Assembly (NCBI GenBank): GCA_963796055.1
Contig: CAWCKH010000004.1
Location: forward strand, 2,144,001-2,208,000
Origin: an uncultured delta proteobacterium
Lineage (GTDB): Bacteria; Myxococcota; Myxococcia; Myxococcales; Myxococcaceae
Direction of reading: 5' to 3'
Length of the DNA: 64,000 bases
The translations under genes and the position numbers were made by a program. Position 1 is the first letter of the stretch; every line of letters starts with the position of its first letter. The notes beneath the pieces were generated by a model. That model did no database searches and was not told the DNA's origin. It worked only from the letters and a program-made list of their open reading frames with translations. Below, one piece after another: positions 30,120 to 39,792 of the stretch.

Positions 30120-31652
30120 ATGGTGCAGAAGCTCGAGACGGCGCTCACCCCTCCGCACAACCGAACCGCCGACCCCTGCGTGGTGGTCATCTTCGGGGCC
30201 TCGGGGGATCTCACCCGGCGGAAGCTCATCCCGGCGATCCTGAACCTCCAGAACGCAGGCTTCCTGCCCCGAAACCTGGCGGTGGTGGGCGTCGCCCGAT
30301 CGCAGATGAGCAACGCGCAGTTCCGGGACGAGGTGAAGCCGGACGAGAAGGTGCTCTCCACCGAGCCGGTCCGCGCCGCGTGGGGGGCGCTGTCCGAGCG
30401 CATCTTCTACTTCGCGGCGGACGCGACCAAGCCCGAGTCGTTCGCCGGCCTGGCCGAGTTCCTCAAGAAGACCGATACCCAGGTGGGCACCCCGGGGAAT
30501 TATCTGTTCTACCTCTCGGTCTCCCCGAGCTTCTTCGCCCCGATCATCCAGAATCTCGGCAAGAGCGGGCTGGCCAAGGAGGAGAACGGGCGCTGGCGGA
30601 GGGTGATCATCGAGAAGCCGTTCGGGCACGATCTGCCGACCGCGGTGGAGCTGAACAAGACCATCAAGGCAGTGCTCGACGAGAGGCAGATCTTCCGCAT
30701 CGACCACTACCTGGGGAAGGAGACGGTCCAGAACCTCATGGTCTTCCGGTTCGGGAACGGGATGTTCGAGCCGATCTGGAACCGGAACTACATCGACCAC
30801 GTGCAGATCACCGTGGCCGAGGAGCTGGGGGTCGAGGGACGCGGCCCGTACTACGACACCGCCGGGGCGCTGCGGGACATGGTGCCCAACCACATCGCCC
30901 AGCTGATCAGCCTGGTGGGGATGGAGCCGCCGATCTCGTTCAGTGCCGACGCGGTGCGGGATGAGCAGGTGAAGCTGCTGGACTCCATCGAGCAGCTCTC
31001 GCCGGAAGACGTGCTCCACTACGCAGTGCGTGGTCAGTACGGGCCGGGGGAGACCGAGGGGAAGAAGGTGCCCGGATACCGCCAGGAGGAGAAGGTCCCG
31101 CCGGACAGCAACACCGAGACCTTCGTGGCGCTGCGCCTGATGGTGGACAACTGGCGCTGGGCGGGGGTGCCCTTCTACGCCCGGACCGGGAAGCGGCTGC
31201 CGAAGCGGATGACCCAGATCGTCATCCAGTTCAAGCACGCCCCGGCGATGCTGTTCCAGCACACCTCGGTGGACCGCCTGACCACCAATCGCCTGTACAT
31301 CCACATCCAGCCCAAGGAGGGCATCTCGCTCCGCTTCGGGGCGAAGGTGCCGGGCCCGGTGCTGACCATGGGCGCGGTGGAGATGGACTTCGACTACGTC
31401 GACTACTTCGGCAAGGTGCCGAGCACCGGGTACGAGACACTGCTCTACGACGCGATGATCGGTGACGCCACGCTGTTCCAGCGGGCGGACATGGTGGAGG
31501 GAGGCTGGGCGATGGTGCAGCCGATCCTCGACGTGTGGAAGGCGCTGCCGCCGCGGAACTTCCCCAACTACCCGGCCGGCACCTCGGGCCCCCCGGAGGC
31601 GGACGAGCTGCTGAAGCGGGAGGGCCGTCACTGGGAGAACTCGGGGACGTGA
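30120..31652 (+). CDS. zwf: Glucose-6-phosphate 1-dehydrogenase
   Basis: [30 protein letters not shown]. Confidence 0.97.
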   Translation: MVQKLETALTPPHNRTADPCVVVIFGASGDLTRRKLIPAILNLQNAGFLPRNLAVVGVARSQMSNAQFRDEVKPDEKVLSTEPVRAAWGALSERIFYFAADATKPESFAGLAEFLKKTDTQVGTPGNYLFYLSVSPSFFAPIIQNLGKSGLAKEENGRWRRVIIEKPFGHDLPTAVELNKTIKAVLDERQIFRIDHYLGKETVQNLMVFRFGNGMFEPIWNRNYIDHVQITVAEELGVEGRGPYYDTAGALRDMVPNHIAQLISLVGMEPPISFSADAVRDEQVKLLDSIEQLSPEDVLHYAVRGQYGPGETEGKKVPGYRQEEKVPPDSNTETFVALRLMVDNWRWAGVPFYARTGKRLPKRMTQIVIQFKHAPAMLFQHTSVDRLTTNRLYIHIQPKEGISLRFGAKVPGPVLTMGAVEMDFDYVDYFGKVPSTGYETLLYDAMIGDATLFQRADMVEGGWAMVQPILDVWKALPPRNFPNYPAGTSGPPEADELLKREGRHWENSGT

Positions 31653-32632
31653 TCGTCGCCGGCGACATCGGCGGGACCAATGCCCGCCTGGCAACGTTCG
31701 AGTCCCAGGCCGGGCAGCTGCTCCTGACCAGGGAGATCGTCTACCGGAGCCGCTCGGCGGCGGATCTGGAGACCATCGTCCGCCAGTTCGTGGAGGAGAC
31801 GCGCCCGAGGGCAACCGCGGCGGCGCTGGGCGTGGCCGGGCCGGTGAAGGACGGACGGACCGAGACGCCCAATCTCCCCTGGGCGGTCGACTCCCGCAGG
31901 CTGGCGGACATCCTGGGTGTGCCGAAGCTCACCCTGCTCAATGATCTCAAGGCCAACGCCTACGGGCTGCAACACCTCGGGCCCACCGACTTTGCCATGC
32001 TCCAGGCGGGGGCGAAGGACGCGGTCGGCAACCAGGCCATCCTCTCGGCCGGGACGGGGCTGGGGATGGCCGGGCTCTACTGGGACGGGCAGCGTCACCA
32101 CCCCTTCGCCACCGAGGGAGGTCACGCGGACTTCGCTCCCCGGAACCGGCTCGAGGCGGACGTGATGGAGGACATCGCCCGGGAGAAGGGGCGGGTGAGC
32201 GTCGAGCGGGTCCTGTCCGGCGGTGGGCTGGTGCGCGTCTACCGCTTCCTCCGCGCGCGTTCGGGAGAGGCCGAGCCGGCGGCGCTGACCGAGCGATTCG
32301 CGAAGGAGGACCCGGCGGCGGTGGTGTCCCACTGTGCGCTCGACGCGGTGGACCCGGTGTGCGTACAGGCGCTGGACCTCTTCGTCTCGGTCTACGGGGC
32401 GGAGGCAGGGAACGTCGCCCTGCGGATGCTCGCCACCGGCGGGGTCTTCCTCGGCGGTGGCATCGCACCGAAGATCCTCCCCCGATTCAAGCGGGATGGG
32501 CTGTTCATGACCGCGTTCCTGGACAAGGGCCGGATGGGCCCGTTGCTCGAGACCATCCCGGTGCTGGTGGTGCTCAACGACCGGGCGGCGCTCTGGGGGG
32601 CGGCGCACTGCGCGGCCTTCGACGAGAGCTGA
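31649..32632 (+). CDS. glk: Glucokinase
   Basis: [34 protein letters not shown] overlap with zwf. Confidence 0.95.
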   Translation: MIVAGDIGGTNARLATFESQAGQLLLTREIVYRSRSAADLETIVRQFVEETRPRATAAALGVAGPVKDGRTETPNLPWAVDSRRLADILGVPKLTLLNDLKANAYGLQHLGPTDFAMLQAGAKDAVGNQAILSAGTGLGMAGLYWDGQRHHPFATEGGHADFAPRNRLEADVMEDIAREKGRVSVERVLSGGGLVRVYRFLRARSGEAEPAALTERFAKEDPAAVVSHCALDAVDPVCVQALDLFVSVYGAEAGNVALRMLATGGVFLGGGIAPKILPRFKRDGLFMTAFLDKGRMGPLLETIPVLVVLNDRAALWGAAHCAAFDES

Positions 32633-32640
32633 GGTGGGCG

Positions 32641-33378
32641 ATGCCGGGGCCGACCCTTCGAGTGCTGGAGGACAAGGACGCGGTGGCCCGCACTGCGGCG
32701 CAATGGGTGCATGACCGCGCCTGGGCCGCGGCGAATGCCCGGGGGCGCTTCACCCTGGCGCTCTCCGGCGGGACGACGCCGCGGGCGCTCTACAAGCAGA
32801 TGGCGGCCGGTCCCCGGCTGCCCTGGGACCGGATGGTGTTCTGCTTCGGCGACGAGCGGAACGTCCCCCCCGACCACCCGGAGAGCAACGCCCGGATGGC
32901 GCGCGAGGCGCTGACCGGACTGCCGTTCGTGAACCAGTCGAGCGTGTACCGCATCCGGGGTGAGCTCCCGGCCGAGGAGGCGGCGGCCGACTACGAGCAG
33001 ATGCTGCGCACGCTGTTCCCCGGAACCACGACCTTCCCCAGCTTCGACCTCGTGCTGCTCGGGCTCGGGCCGGACGGACACACCGCCTCGCTGTTCCCGT
33101 ACTCCCCCGCGCTGGCCGAGCGGTCCCGCTGGGTGGTGGCGAACTGGGTGGAGAAGCTCCGGATGAAGCGGATCACCCTGACCTTCCCGGTGCTGAATGC
33201 GGCGTCCGAGGTGCTGTTCCTGGTGACCGGCGAGGACAAGTCGTGGGCCCTCCGGGAGACCCTCCGGGGGAAGGCGCCGGTGGTGGAGCTCCCCGCGCGG
33301 GGCGTCGTGCCCACCTCGGGCCGCCTCACCTTCCTGGTGGACCGCGCGGCCGCAGCCGGGCTAGGTGAGTCCACCTGA
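32641..33378 (+). CDS. pgl: 6-phosphogluconolactonase
   Basis: LSGG.TP, GDER.VP...SN, LGLGPDGHTASLFP, RITLT. Confidence 0.95.
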   Translation: MPGPTLRVLEDKDAVARTAAQWVHDRAWAAANARGRFTLALSGGTTPRALYKQMAAGPRLPWDRMVFCFGDERNVPPDHPESNARMAREALTGLPFVNQSSVYRIRGELPAEEAAADYEQMLRTLFPGTTTFPSFDLVLLGLGPDGHTASLFPYSPALAERSRWVVANWVEKLRMKRITLTFPVLNAASEVLFLVTGEDKSWALRETLRGKAPVVELPARGVVPTSGRLTFLVDRAAAAGLGEST

Positions 33379-33380
33379 GC

Positions 33381-34055
33381 GTGAAGATCCTCCCGTCCAT
33401 CCTGGCGGCTGACTACTGGCGGCTGGGCGAGCAGGTTGCCGACGCCGAGCGAGGCGGGGCGGACCGCTTCCACATCGACATCATGGACGGGCTGTTCGTG
33501 CCCAACCTGTCGCTGGGGATTCCCATCGTCGAGGCGATGCGGCGGGGGACGAAGCTGCCCCTGGAGATCCACCTGATGATCGAGCGGCCGGAGCGGTACA
33601 CCGCCGACTTCATCAAGGCGGGAGGCGACCTCCTGATCCTCCACCAGGAGGCGACGCCGAACCTGCACCGCGCGATCCAGCAGGTGCGTCAGGCTGGAAA
33701 GCAGGTCGGGGTGGGGCTGAACCCGGCAACGCCGCTCGGCATGGTCGAGGACGTCGTGGAGAGCCTGGACCTCTTGCTCCTGATGACGGTGAACCCGGGC
33801 TTCGGCGGGCAGAAGTTCATCCACGAGGTGCTACCAAAGCTGACCCGGGCGCGGTCGCTCCTCCAGCAGCGGGCGCCGCGCTGCGAGCTGGAGGTGGACG
33901 GCGGCGTCGACCTCGTGACAGGGCCACTCGCCGTGGCGGCGGGTGCCGACGTGCTGGTGGCGGGAACGTGCGTCTTCGCCCACCCGGGCGGACCGGGCGC
34001 CGGCGTGCAGGCGCTCCGCGAGGCGGTGAAGCGCGGTCCGTCGGCGTCGATCTAG
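33381..34055 (+). CDS. rpe: Ribulose-phosphate 3-epimerase
   Basis: PSILAAD, HIDIMDG.FVPN, MTVNPGFGGQ, EVDGG. Confidence 0.96.
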   Translation: MKILPSILAADYWRLGEQVADAERGGADRFHIDIMDGLFVPNLSLGIPIVEAMRRGTKLPLEIHLMIERPERYTADFIKAGGDLLILHQEATPNLHRAIQQVRQAGKQVGVGLNPATPLGMVEDVVESLDLLLLMTVNPGFGGQKFIHEVLPKLTRARSLLQQRAPRCELEVDGGVDLVTGPLAVAAGADVLVAGTCVFAHPGGPGAGVQALREAVKRGPSASI

Positions 34056-34126
34056 AATCCGGGGCGGCTTCAGGCGTGCTGGGGGCCGACCCGCCCATCC
34101 CGCTGTTGCCTCCGGGCCAGTCGCGC

Positions 34127-34456
34127 TCAGCCGAGGCACTTCTCGAGCTTCATGATCTGCTGCTCCCAGCTGCGGCGTGCGTTCTCGGTCCAGCTCGGGT
34201 CGTGCATGACGTCGTTGGTGGTCAGCAGCCGCGTCGCGCCTCCCGGGACGGGTGACATCTCGACCACGGTGGTCGTCCGGTACGGCGCGACACCGGGGAC
34301 GAAGTCGATGGCGTTGCTATACACCAGCCGCCGATTCGCCTGGACCTCGGTGTAGTCGCCACGCGCCATGGGCGTGGTCCACATCCCCCAGACCTTCTCC
34401 GGGCTTGCCTTGAGCACCCGCTCCAGGGTGAAGGTCTTCTTCTCCGTCTCGCTCAT
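34127..34456 (-). CDS. SRPBCC/AHA1-like protein, apparently internally deleted
   Basis: LERV.KA.PEKVW.MWTT joined directly to G.YTEV...RLVY; only 109 aa; downstream of an ArsR gene. Confidence 0.7.
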   Translation of the reverse strand: MSETEKKTFTLERVLKASPEKVWGMWTTPMARGDYTEVQANRRLVYSNAIDFVPGVAPYRTTTVVEMSPVPGGATRLLTTNDVMHDPSWTENARRSWEQQIMKLEKCLG

Positions 34457-34784
34457 GTTTCGTCCTCCTCGAGTGCGTTTGCCAGTCGATCCAGCCGCCC
34501 GTTCCAGTGATTCCTGAGCCGGTCAATCCACTCCGCCGCCTCCTCCAGTGGCCGGGGTTGCGCGACAGGAAGTGCTCCCGCCCGACGCGCCGCCGCTTCA
34601 CCAGCTGCGCCCGCTCGAGGATGCGAATGTGTTTCGAGACCGAGTTGAGGGAGATGTCGAAGGGCGCCGCGAGGTCGGTGACTCGCGCCTCGCCCTCGGA
34701 GAGCCGAAGGAGGATGGCCCGCCGGGTGGGGTCGGCGAGGGCGCCGAGGGTGCGGCCCAGCCTGGTCGAGGCATTCCGGGTCAA
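34453..34784 (-). CDS. ArsR/SmtB-family regulator, frameshifted near 34555
   Basis: ALADPTRRAIL...SKHIRILE.A.LV...GR in one frame, PLEEAAEW....W..RLD.L in another; start uncertain. Confidence 0.8.
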
Positions 34785-34815
34785 GCACCCTGCAGCGAGT
34801 TGCACCGTCCCGGTC

Positions 34816-35340
34816 TCAGGACGCCGTGTCTTGCCCGAGCGCCTGCTGTGCCTCGGCGACCCCGGCGTCCGCTTTCCCGTTCTGGAGCACCTGCACCAGG
34901 CGGGTGTTCACCTCGCCGAGCCGCCGGGCGAGGAGCTTCGCCAGCCCGTGGGCGATCTTCAGCGCGGCCACGTTCCCACTCGACAGCCGCGAGCGGAGCG
35001 CCGGGCCCGGCACCGTGGCGAACGTGACCGGGCCGACGGAGATCGCCGAGGCGCTGCGTTTTCCGCCTGCCTCCAGCACCGCCATCTCCCCGAGCACCGC
35101 CGGCGCCGAGACCACGGATAAAATCTGGTGTCTGCCGCCCGGGTCCCGCTTCACCACCTGCGCCGAGCCGGAGAGCAGGAGGACCAGAGCGTCCCCTGCA
35201 TCCCCTTCGCGAAACAGCGGGAGCTGCGCCTCCAGCGTCTTCAGCTCCCCGAGCCCGGCGACCTCGGCCCGCTCCGCCTCGCTCAGTCCCGAGAGCAGTG
35301 GAACTGCCCGGAGTGCCTCGGGCGTGGGTCGCTCGCTCAT
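34816..35340 (-). CDS. Stand-alone cyclic-nucleotide-binding domain protein
   Basis: VPLLSGL, LFREGD.GD, GEMA, RSASA; no HTH; ATGA overlap with helicase. Confidence 0.88.
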   Translation of the reverse strand: MSERPTPEALRAVPLLSGLSEAERAEVAGLGELKTLEAQLPLFREGDAGDALVLLLSGSAQVVKRDPGGRHQILSVVSAPAVLGEMAVLEAGGKRSASAISVGPVTFATVPGPALRSRLSSGNVAALKIAHGLAKLLARRLGEVNTRLVQVLQNGKADAGVAEAQQALGQDTAS

Positions 35341-37223
35341 CGGCGCCTCGCCCGCTCCAGCCGGAGCGACTTCTCGCCCCGCTTCTGCCCGTCGAGCTTC
35401 TCGAAGACTGCCGCGTCCTCCTCGGCGACGAAGGCGTAGCTGTAGGTCTGCTTGACGTCGACCCGCTGAACCTTCCCGGCCGGTGCGCCCATGCCCTCGA
35501 GCATCGCGGTGATGCCCGCGGCGTCCAGTCCCTCGGAGCTCCCCACGTTCATCCACAGCCGGACCTGACCGGGCGTCCCGGGCTCCGGCGCCGCCGGCGC
35601 CGCCCCTTCCTCGGGCCGGTCTCGACGGGGAGGGCGCTCCCGGCGCTCGCGCCCACCGGAGCGCTCGTCCCGGCCGGACCGCTCGCCGCGCTCGGGTCGT
35701 TCGCCCCGGTCGCCGCGCTCGCCGCGGTCCTCGCGCCTGGGCCGGTCGCCCCGGGAACGCTCCCGATCGCGCGGGGGCCTCGCCGGCGCCGGTGGAGCCT
35801 CCGGAATCCCGGCCGCCTTCAGCTTCTCCATTCTCAGGTGACTGAAGAAGTACTTGAGCAGATAGGCGATGGCGTCGTCGGCGTCGGGCCGCTGCCGCAA
35901 GGTCCCCGCCAGGCCGAGGTAACCTTCGTAGACGCTGCCGGCCGCCGCGGACTGGATCTCCCGGACGTGGCGCTCGGTCCACATCCGCATCGCGTCCTCG
36001 GGGGACGGCATCTCGCGCTTCTCGAACCTGATGCCGTACTTCTTCTCCAGCGCGGTGAACGTCCCCAGCTCCCTGCCGGAGATGAGGTTGATCGCCGTAC
36101 CCTTCTTCCCGATGCGCCCCGTCCGCCCGACCCGGTGGAGGTACACCGCCGGATCCTCGGGCAGCGAGTAGTTGATGACGTACTGCAGGTCGGAGATGTC
36201 GATCCCGCGGGCGGCGATGTCGGTGGCCACCATGAAGGCCACCTCGCCCCGCTTCACCTTGCCCATCACCCGCTCCCGCTCCTTCTGGGGCAGGTCGCCG
36301 TTGAGCAGCTCGGCGTCGAAGCCGTTCCGGTTCAGCACCGCGGTCACCAGCGCCGTGTCGTCCCGAGTGTTGCAGAAGACGATGGCGTTGTCCGGCTCCT
36401 CCATCTCCAGCACGTAGATGAGGTTCCGCGGCTTGGGGTAGGCGTCGCTGACGTCGTAACGGACGTGGTGGATGTGGTCGACGGTGAGGACGTCGCCAGA
36501 GAGCATCAGCAACTCCGGCGAGGTGGTGTACTGGCTGATGAGGTTCTGGATCTCCGGCGGCACGGTGGCGCTGAACAGCAAGACTTGTCGGTCCTTCGGG
36601 AGCTGGTCGAGGATCCGGGTGACCTCCTCGTAGAACCCCTGGTTCAGCATCTCGTCGGCCTCGTCCAGCACCACGTGCCGGCAGCCCTGGAGCTTGAGGT
36701 TCTTCCGCCGGATGTGGTCGTAGATCCGCCCCGGCGTGCCGACCACGATCGGCGAGCCGCTCACCAGCGCGTCCTCCTGATCCTTCATCGACGCGCCGCC
36801 GTAGATGGCCGTGACCCGGACGCCCTTGTACTTGGCGAGATCTTGAAGCTCGGCGGCGACCTGGAGCGCCAGCTCGCGGGTGGGGCAGAGGACCAGCGCG
36901 CGGACGGCCTTGTCCTCGGGGTCCATCTTCTCCAGCAGGGGGAGCCCGAAGGCCGCGGTCTTTCCCGTCCCGGTCTTGCTCCGGACGATGAGGTCCTTGC
37001 CCTGCATCACCGGGTCGAAGGCCTGGGCCTGGACCGGAGTGGGGTGGGTGTAGCCGCGGTCCACCAGCGCGCGCCGCATCTCGGGGGAGAGCGCCAGGTC
37101 CTCGAAGCCCACCTCGGCCAGGTACTCGGCCGGCCGCTCGGGGGTGGCCGGTTCGGCGGCCGGAGGCGCTTCGGAAGGCACCGGAATTTCGCCGCGTTCG
37201 GGCGCGGACGGGTTGTCACTCAT
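35337..37223 (-). CDS. DEAD-box RNA helicase with DbpA-type C-terminal RNA-binding domain
   Basis: Q motif, TGTGKT, PTRELA, TPGR, DEAD, SAT, ARGID, HRVGRTGR. Confidence 0.96.
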   Translation of the reverse strand: MSDNPSAPERGEIPVPSEAPPAAEPATPERPAEYLAEVGFEDLALSPEMRRALVDRGYTHPTPVQAQAFDPVMQGKDLIVRSKTGTGKTAAFGLPLLEKMDPEDKAVRALVLCPTRELALQVAAELQDLAKYKGVRVTAIYGGASMKDQEDALVSGSPIVVGTPGRIYDHIRRKNLKLQGCRHVVLDEADEMLNQGFYEEVTRILDQLPKDRQVLLFSATVPPEIQNLISQYTTSPELLMLSGDVLTVDHIHHVRYDVSDAYPKPRNLIYVLEMEEPDNAIVFCNTRDDTALVTAVLNRNGFDAELLNGDLPQKERERVMGKVKRGEVAFMVATDIAARGIDISDLQYVINYSLPEDPAVYLHRVGRTGRIGKKGTAINLISGRELGTFTALEKKYGIRFEKREMPSPEDAMRMWTERHVREIQSAAAGSVYEGYLGLAGTLRQRPDADDAIAYLLKYFFSHLRMEKLKAAGIPEAPPAPARPPRDRERSRGDRPRREDRGERGDRGERPERGERSGRDERSGGRERRERPPRRDRPEEGAAPAAPEPGTPGQVRLWMNVGSSEGLDAAGITAMLEGMGAPAGKVQRVDVKQTYSYAFVAEEDAAVFEKLDGQKRGEKSLRLERARRR

Positions 37224-37317
37224 CGGGCACGGGCTTAATCCCTCCCGTACACCCTGGCAATCGCGTGCCCTGGGGTCCTGCTAGAAGCAATCCGCCCAGC
37301 AGTCGGTCCGTCACACC

Positions 37318-38511
37318 ATGGCCCGTCCACCGAAGAAGCCAGGGAAGCCACGCCGCAAGGCGGCCACCCGTCCACCCACGTCCGGCGCACGTCCCGCAGG
37401 TGGAGCAGCGCGCACCGGCGGGCGCGTCCGGGCAGCCCGGAGGACGCACCCCGAGCCCGAGGAGATCCGCGAGGCCCGTCCGGTCGACGACGCCGAGGAG
37501 AGCCGGAAGGAGGCCGAGGAGACCGCGGAGGCGACCGAGCCGGCCGAGGTCGCGGAGCCGACGGAACCCGACGGCGAGGACCTCGCCGAGCTCGAGCCGG
37601 TGGCCGAGTCCGCGGCGGTCACCCCCGCCCGCCCCGCGGACCGTGGCATCGCGCGGGCCGATCCGATGTCGGCCTACATGGCCGAGGTGCAGCGCCACCC
37701 CCTCCTGTCCCGCGAGGACGAGCAGCAGCTCGCAAGGCGCTACCGGAGCACCGGGGACCTGGACGCCGCGGCCCGGCTGGTCTCGGCCAATCTCCGCCTG
37801 GTGGTGAAGCTGGCCCACGAGTACCACCGGAATCCTCTCTCGCTGCTCGATCTGGTGCAGGAGGGGAACATCGGCCTGATGCAGGCGGTGAAGAAGTTCG
37901 ATCCCGAGCGCGGGGTGAAGCTCTCCACCTACGCCGCCTGGTGGATCCGCGCGTACATCCTTCGCTACATCATGGACAACTGGAAGATGGTGAAGCTGGG
38001 GACCACCGAGGCCCAGCGGAAGCTCTTCTTCAAGTTGCGCCAGGAACAGGAGCGGCTGCTCAAGCAGGGCTACGAGGCCACCCCCAAGCTGCTCGCCGAG
38101 CGGCTGAACGTCACCGAGCAGGACGTGGTGGAGATGGACCAGCGCCTCGGCCCGGACGAGGTCTCGATCGACGCCCCGGTGGGCGAGGACGGGGACGCGA
38201 CCCGCGGCGACCGCATCCTCCCGGCGAGCGGCTTCCCCGCCGCGGACGAGCGACTCGCCACGGAGGAGCTGAAGCGCCTCTTCCGCCAGAAGCTCGAGGC
38301 CTTCGGAGCGACGCTGCAGGGCAAGGAGAAGTACATCTTCGAGAAGCGCCTCACCGCCGACGAGCCGATGACCCTGCAGGACATCGGCAGCCACTTCGGC
38401 TTCTCACGCGAGCGGGCGCGGCAGATCGAGGCGGGGGTGGTGGACCGGATGCGCGACTTCGTCCGCTCGGAGATGCCGGACTTCGACCTGATCGCCGAGC
38501 CGAAGCCCTAG
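37318..38511 (+). CDS. Sigma-32 (RpoH)-family RNA polymerase sigma factor
   Basis: NLRLVVK, DLVQEGNIGLM.AV.KFDP, YAAWWIRA, RpoH box QRKLFFKLR, SRERARQIE. Confidence 0.93.
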   Translation: MARPPKKPGKPRRKAATRPPTSGARPAGGAARTGGRVRAARRTHPEPEEIREARPVDDAEESRKEAEETAEATEPAEVAEPTEPDGEDLAELEPVAESAAVTPARPADRGIARADPMSAYMAEVQRHPLLSREDEQQLARRYRSTGDLDAAARLVSANLRLVVKLAHEYHRNPLSLLDLVQEGNIGLMQAVKKFDPERGVKLSTYAAWWIRAYILRYIMDNWKMVKLGTTEAQRKLFFKLRQEQERLLKQGYEATPKLLAERLNVTEQDVVEMDQRLGPDEVSIDAPVGEDGDATRGDRILPASGFPAADERLATEELKRLFRQKLEAFGATLQGKEKYIFEKRLTADEPMTLQDIGSHFGFSRERARQIEAGVVDRMRDFVRSEMPDFDLIAEPKP

Positions 38512-39792
38512 CAGGGTGTTGAGAAACCCCTGGCGGGGATCGACTCCCCGCACGGGGTCGTGATCTGCTGCATCCGGGAGGCCCCCGATGCGCGGAGACG
38601 TCAAGAAGCAGTCATCGATGCTGAGCCTGAGGAGTCCGGCGGAGCGGATTCCGTCGGACCACCCGCTGCGTCGAGTGAAGGACCTCGCGGACGGGGCCCT
38701 GTCGGTGCTCTCGCCGACGTTTGACGCCATGTACAGCAAGGTGGGGCGGCCCTCGATTCCCCCGGAGCGGCTGTTGAAGGGCTCGCTGCTGATGGCGCTG
38801 TACTCGGTACGGAGCGAGCGACTCTTCTGCGAGCAGCTCGACTACAACCTGCTCTTCCGCTGGTTCCTCGACATGGACATGGAGGAGCCGAGTCCCGACC
38901 ACAGCACCTTCTCCCTCAACCGGGAGCGGCTCTTGGAGCACGAGGTGGCCAAGCGCTTCTTCGTCGCGGTGGTTGAGCAGGCCCGGAGGGCCAAGCTGAT
39001 GAGCAACGAGCACTTCACCGTGGACGGGACGCTCATTGATGCCTGGGCGTCGCTGAAGAGCTTCCGGCCGAAGGACGAGGAGAAACCGAAGCCGCCGGAT
39101 GACCCGGGCAACCCCACCGTCAACTTCCACGGGGAGTCGCGGAGCAACGAGACGCACGCCTCGACAACAGACCCGGAGGCTCGCCTGGCAAAGAAAGGGC
39201 ACAACCGGGAGGCGCGACTCTCGTACTCGGCCAATGCGCTGATGGAGAACCGCAACGGCCTCCTGGGGGACTTCTGCATCGAGCCGGCGGATGGCCGCGC
39301 CGAACGCCGCTCCGCGGAGCAGATGCTGGAGCGAGTCGCCCAGCGCACTCGCACTCGACTCACCGTCGGCGCGGACAAGGGCTACGACGTCTCCAGCTTC
39401 ATCGAGCGGTGCAGGCAGCTCGGAGTCACCCCGCACGTGGCGCAATACTCCGAGTCTCGACGGAGGTCCGCCGTCGATGGCCGGTACCGCACGACATGCG
39501 GGCTACGCCGTCAGCCAGCGCATCCGGAAGCGCGTCGAGGAGATTTTCGGCTGGATGAAGACAGTCGGCGGCTTCCGCAAGACGCGGTACCGAGGCCGAG
39601 ACCGAACCCAGCTCGCCGCCTACTTCGTCGGAGCCGCCTACAACCTCATGCGAATCGCCCGACTGCAGCCCACGTAGTCCGCTCGATGGGGCAGCGGCCG
39701 GCCAGAACAGCCCGACTTCGGGCGTCGCCGGCCGCTCAATCCAGCAAGTCGGCCACCGCCGGCGCCCTCCGGGGGCCTTCCTCAACACCCTG
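38512..39792 (+). mobile_element. IS5-family insertion sequence, 1281 bp
   Basis: IRL CAGGGTGTTGAGAAA, IRR reverse complement CAGGGTGTTGAGGAA (14/15); CTAG at 38508-38511 and 39793-39796. Confidence 0.93.
38588..39677 (+). pseudogene. IS5-family DDE transposase, +1 frameshift near 39485
   Basis: GRPSIPPE.LL, VDGTLI.AWAS.KSF, ADKGYD; C-terminal RKRVEEIFGW.K...AAYNL.R in another frame. Confidence 0.88.

Noticed and set aside
39470..39500. Programmed ribosomal frameshift in the transposase
   Set aside because: No slippery A-run, and one extra T explains the break
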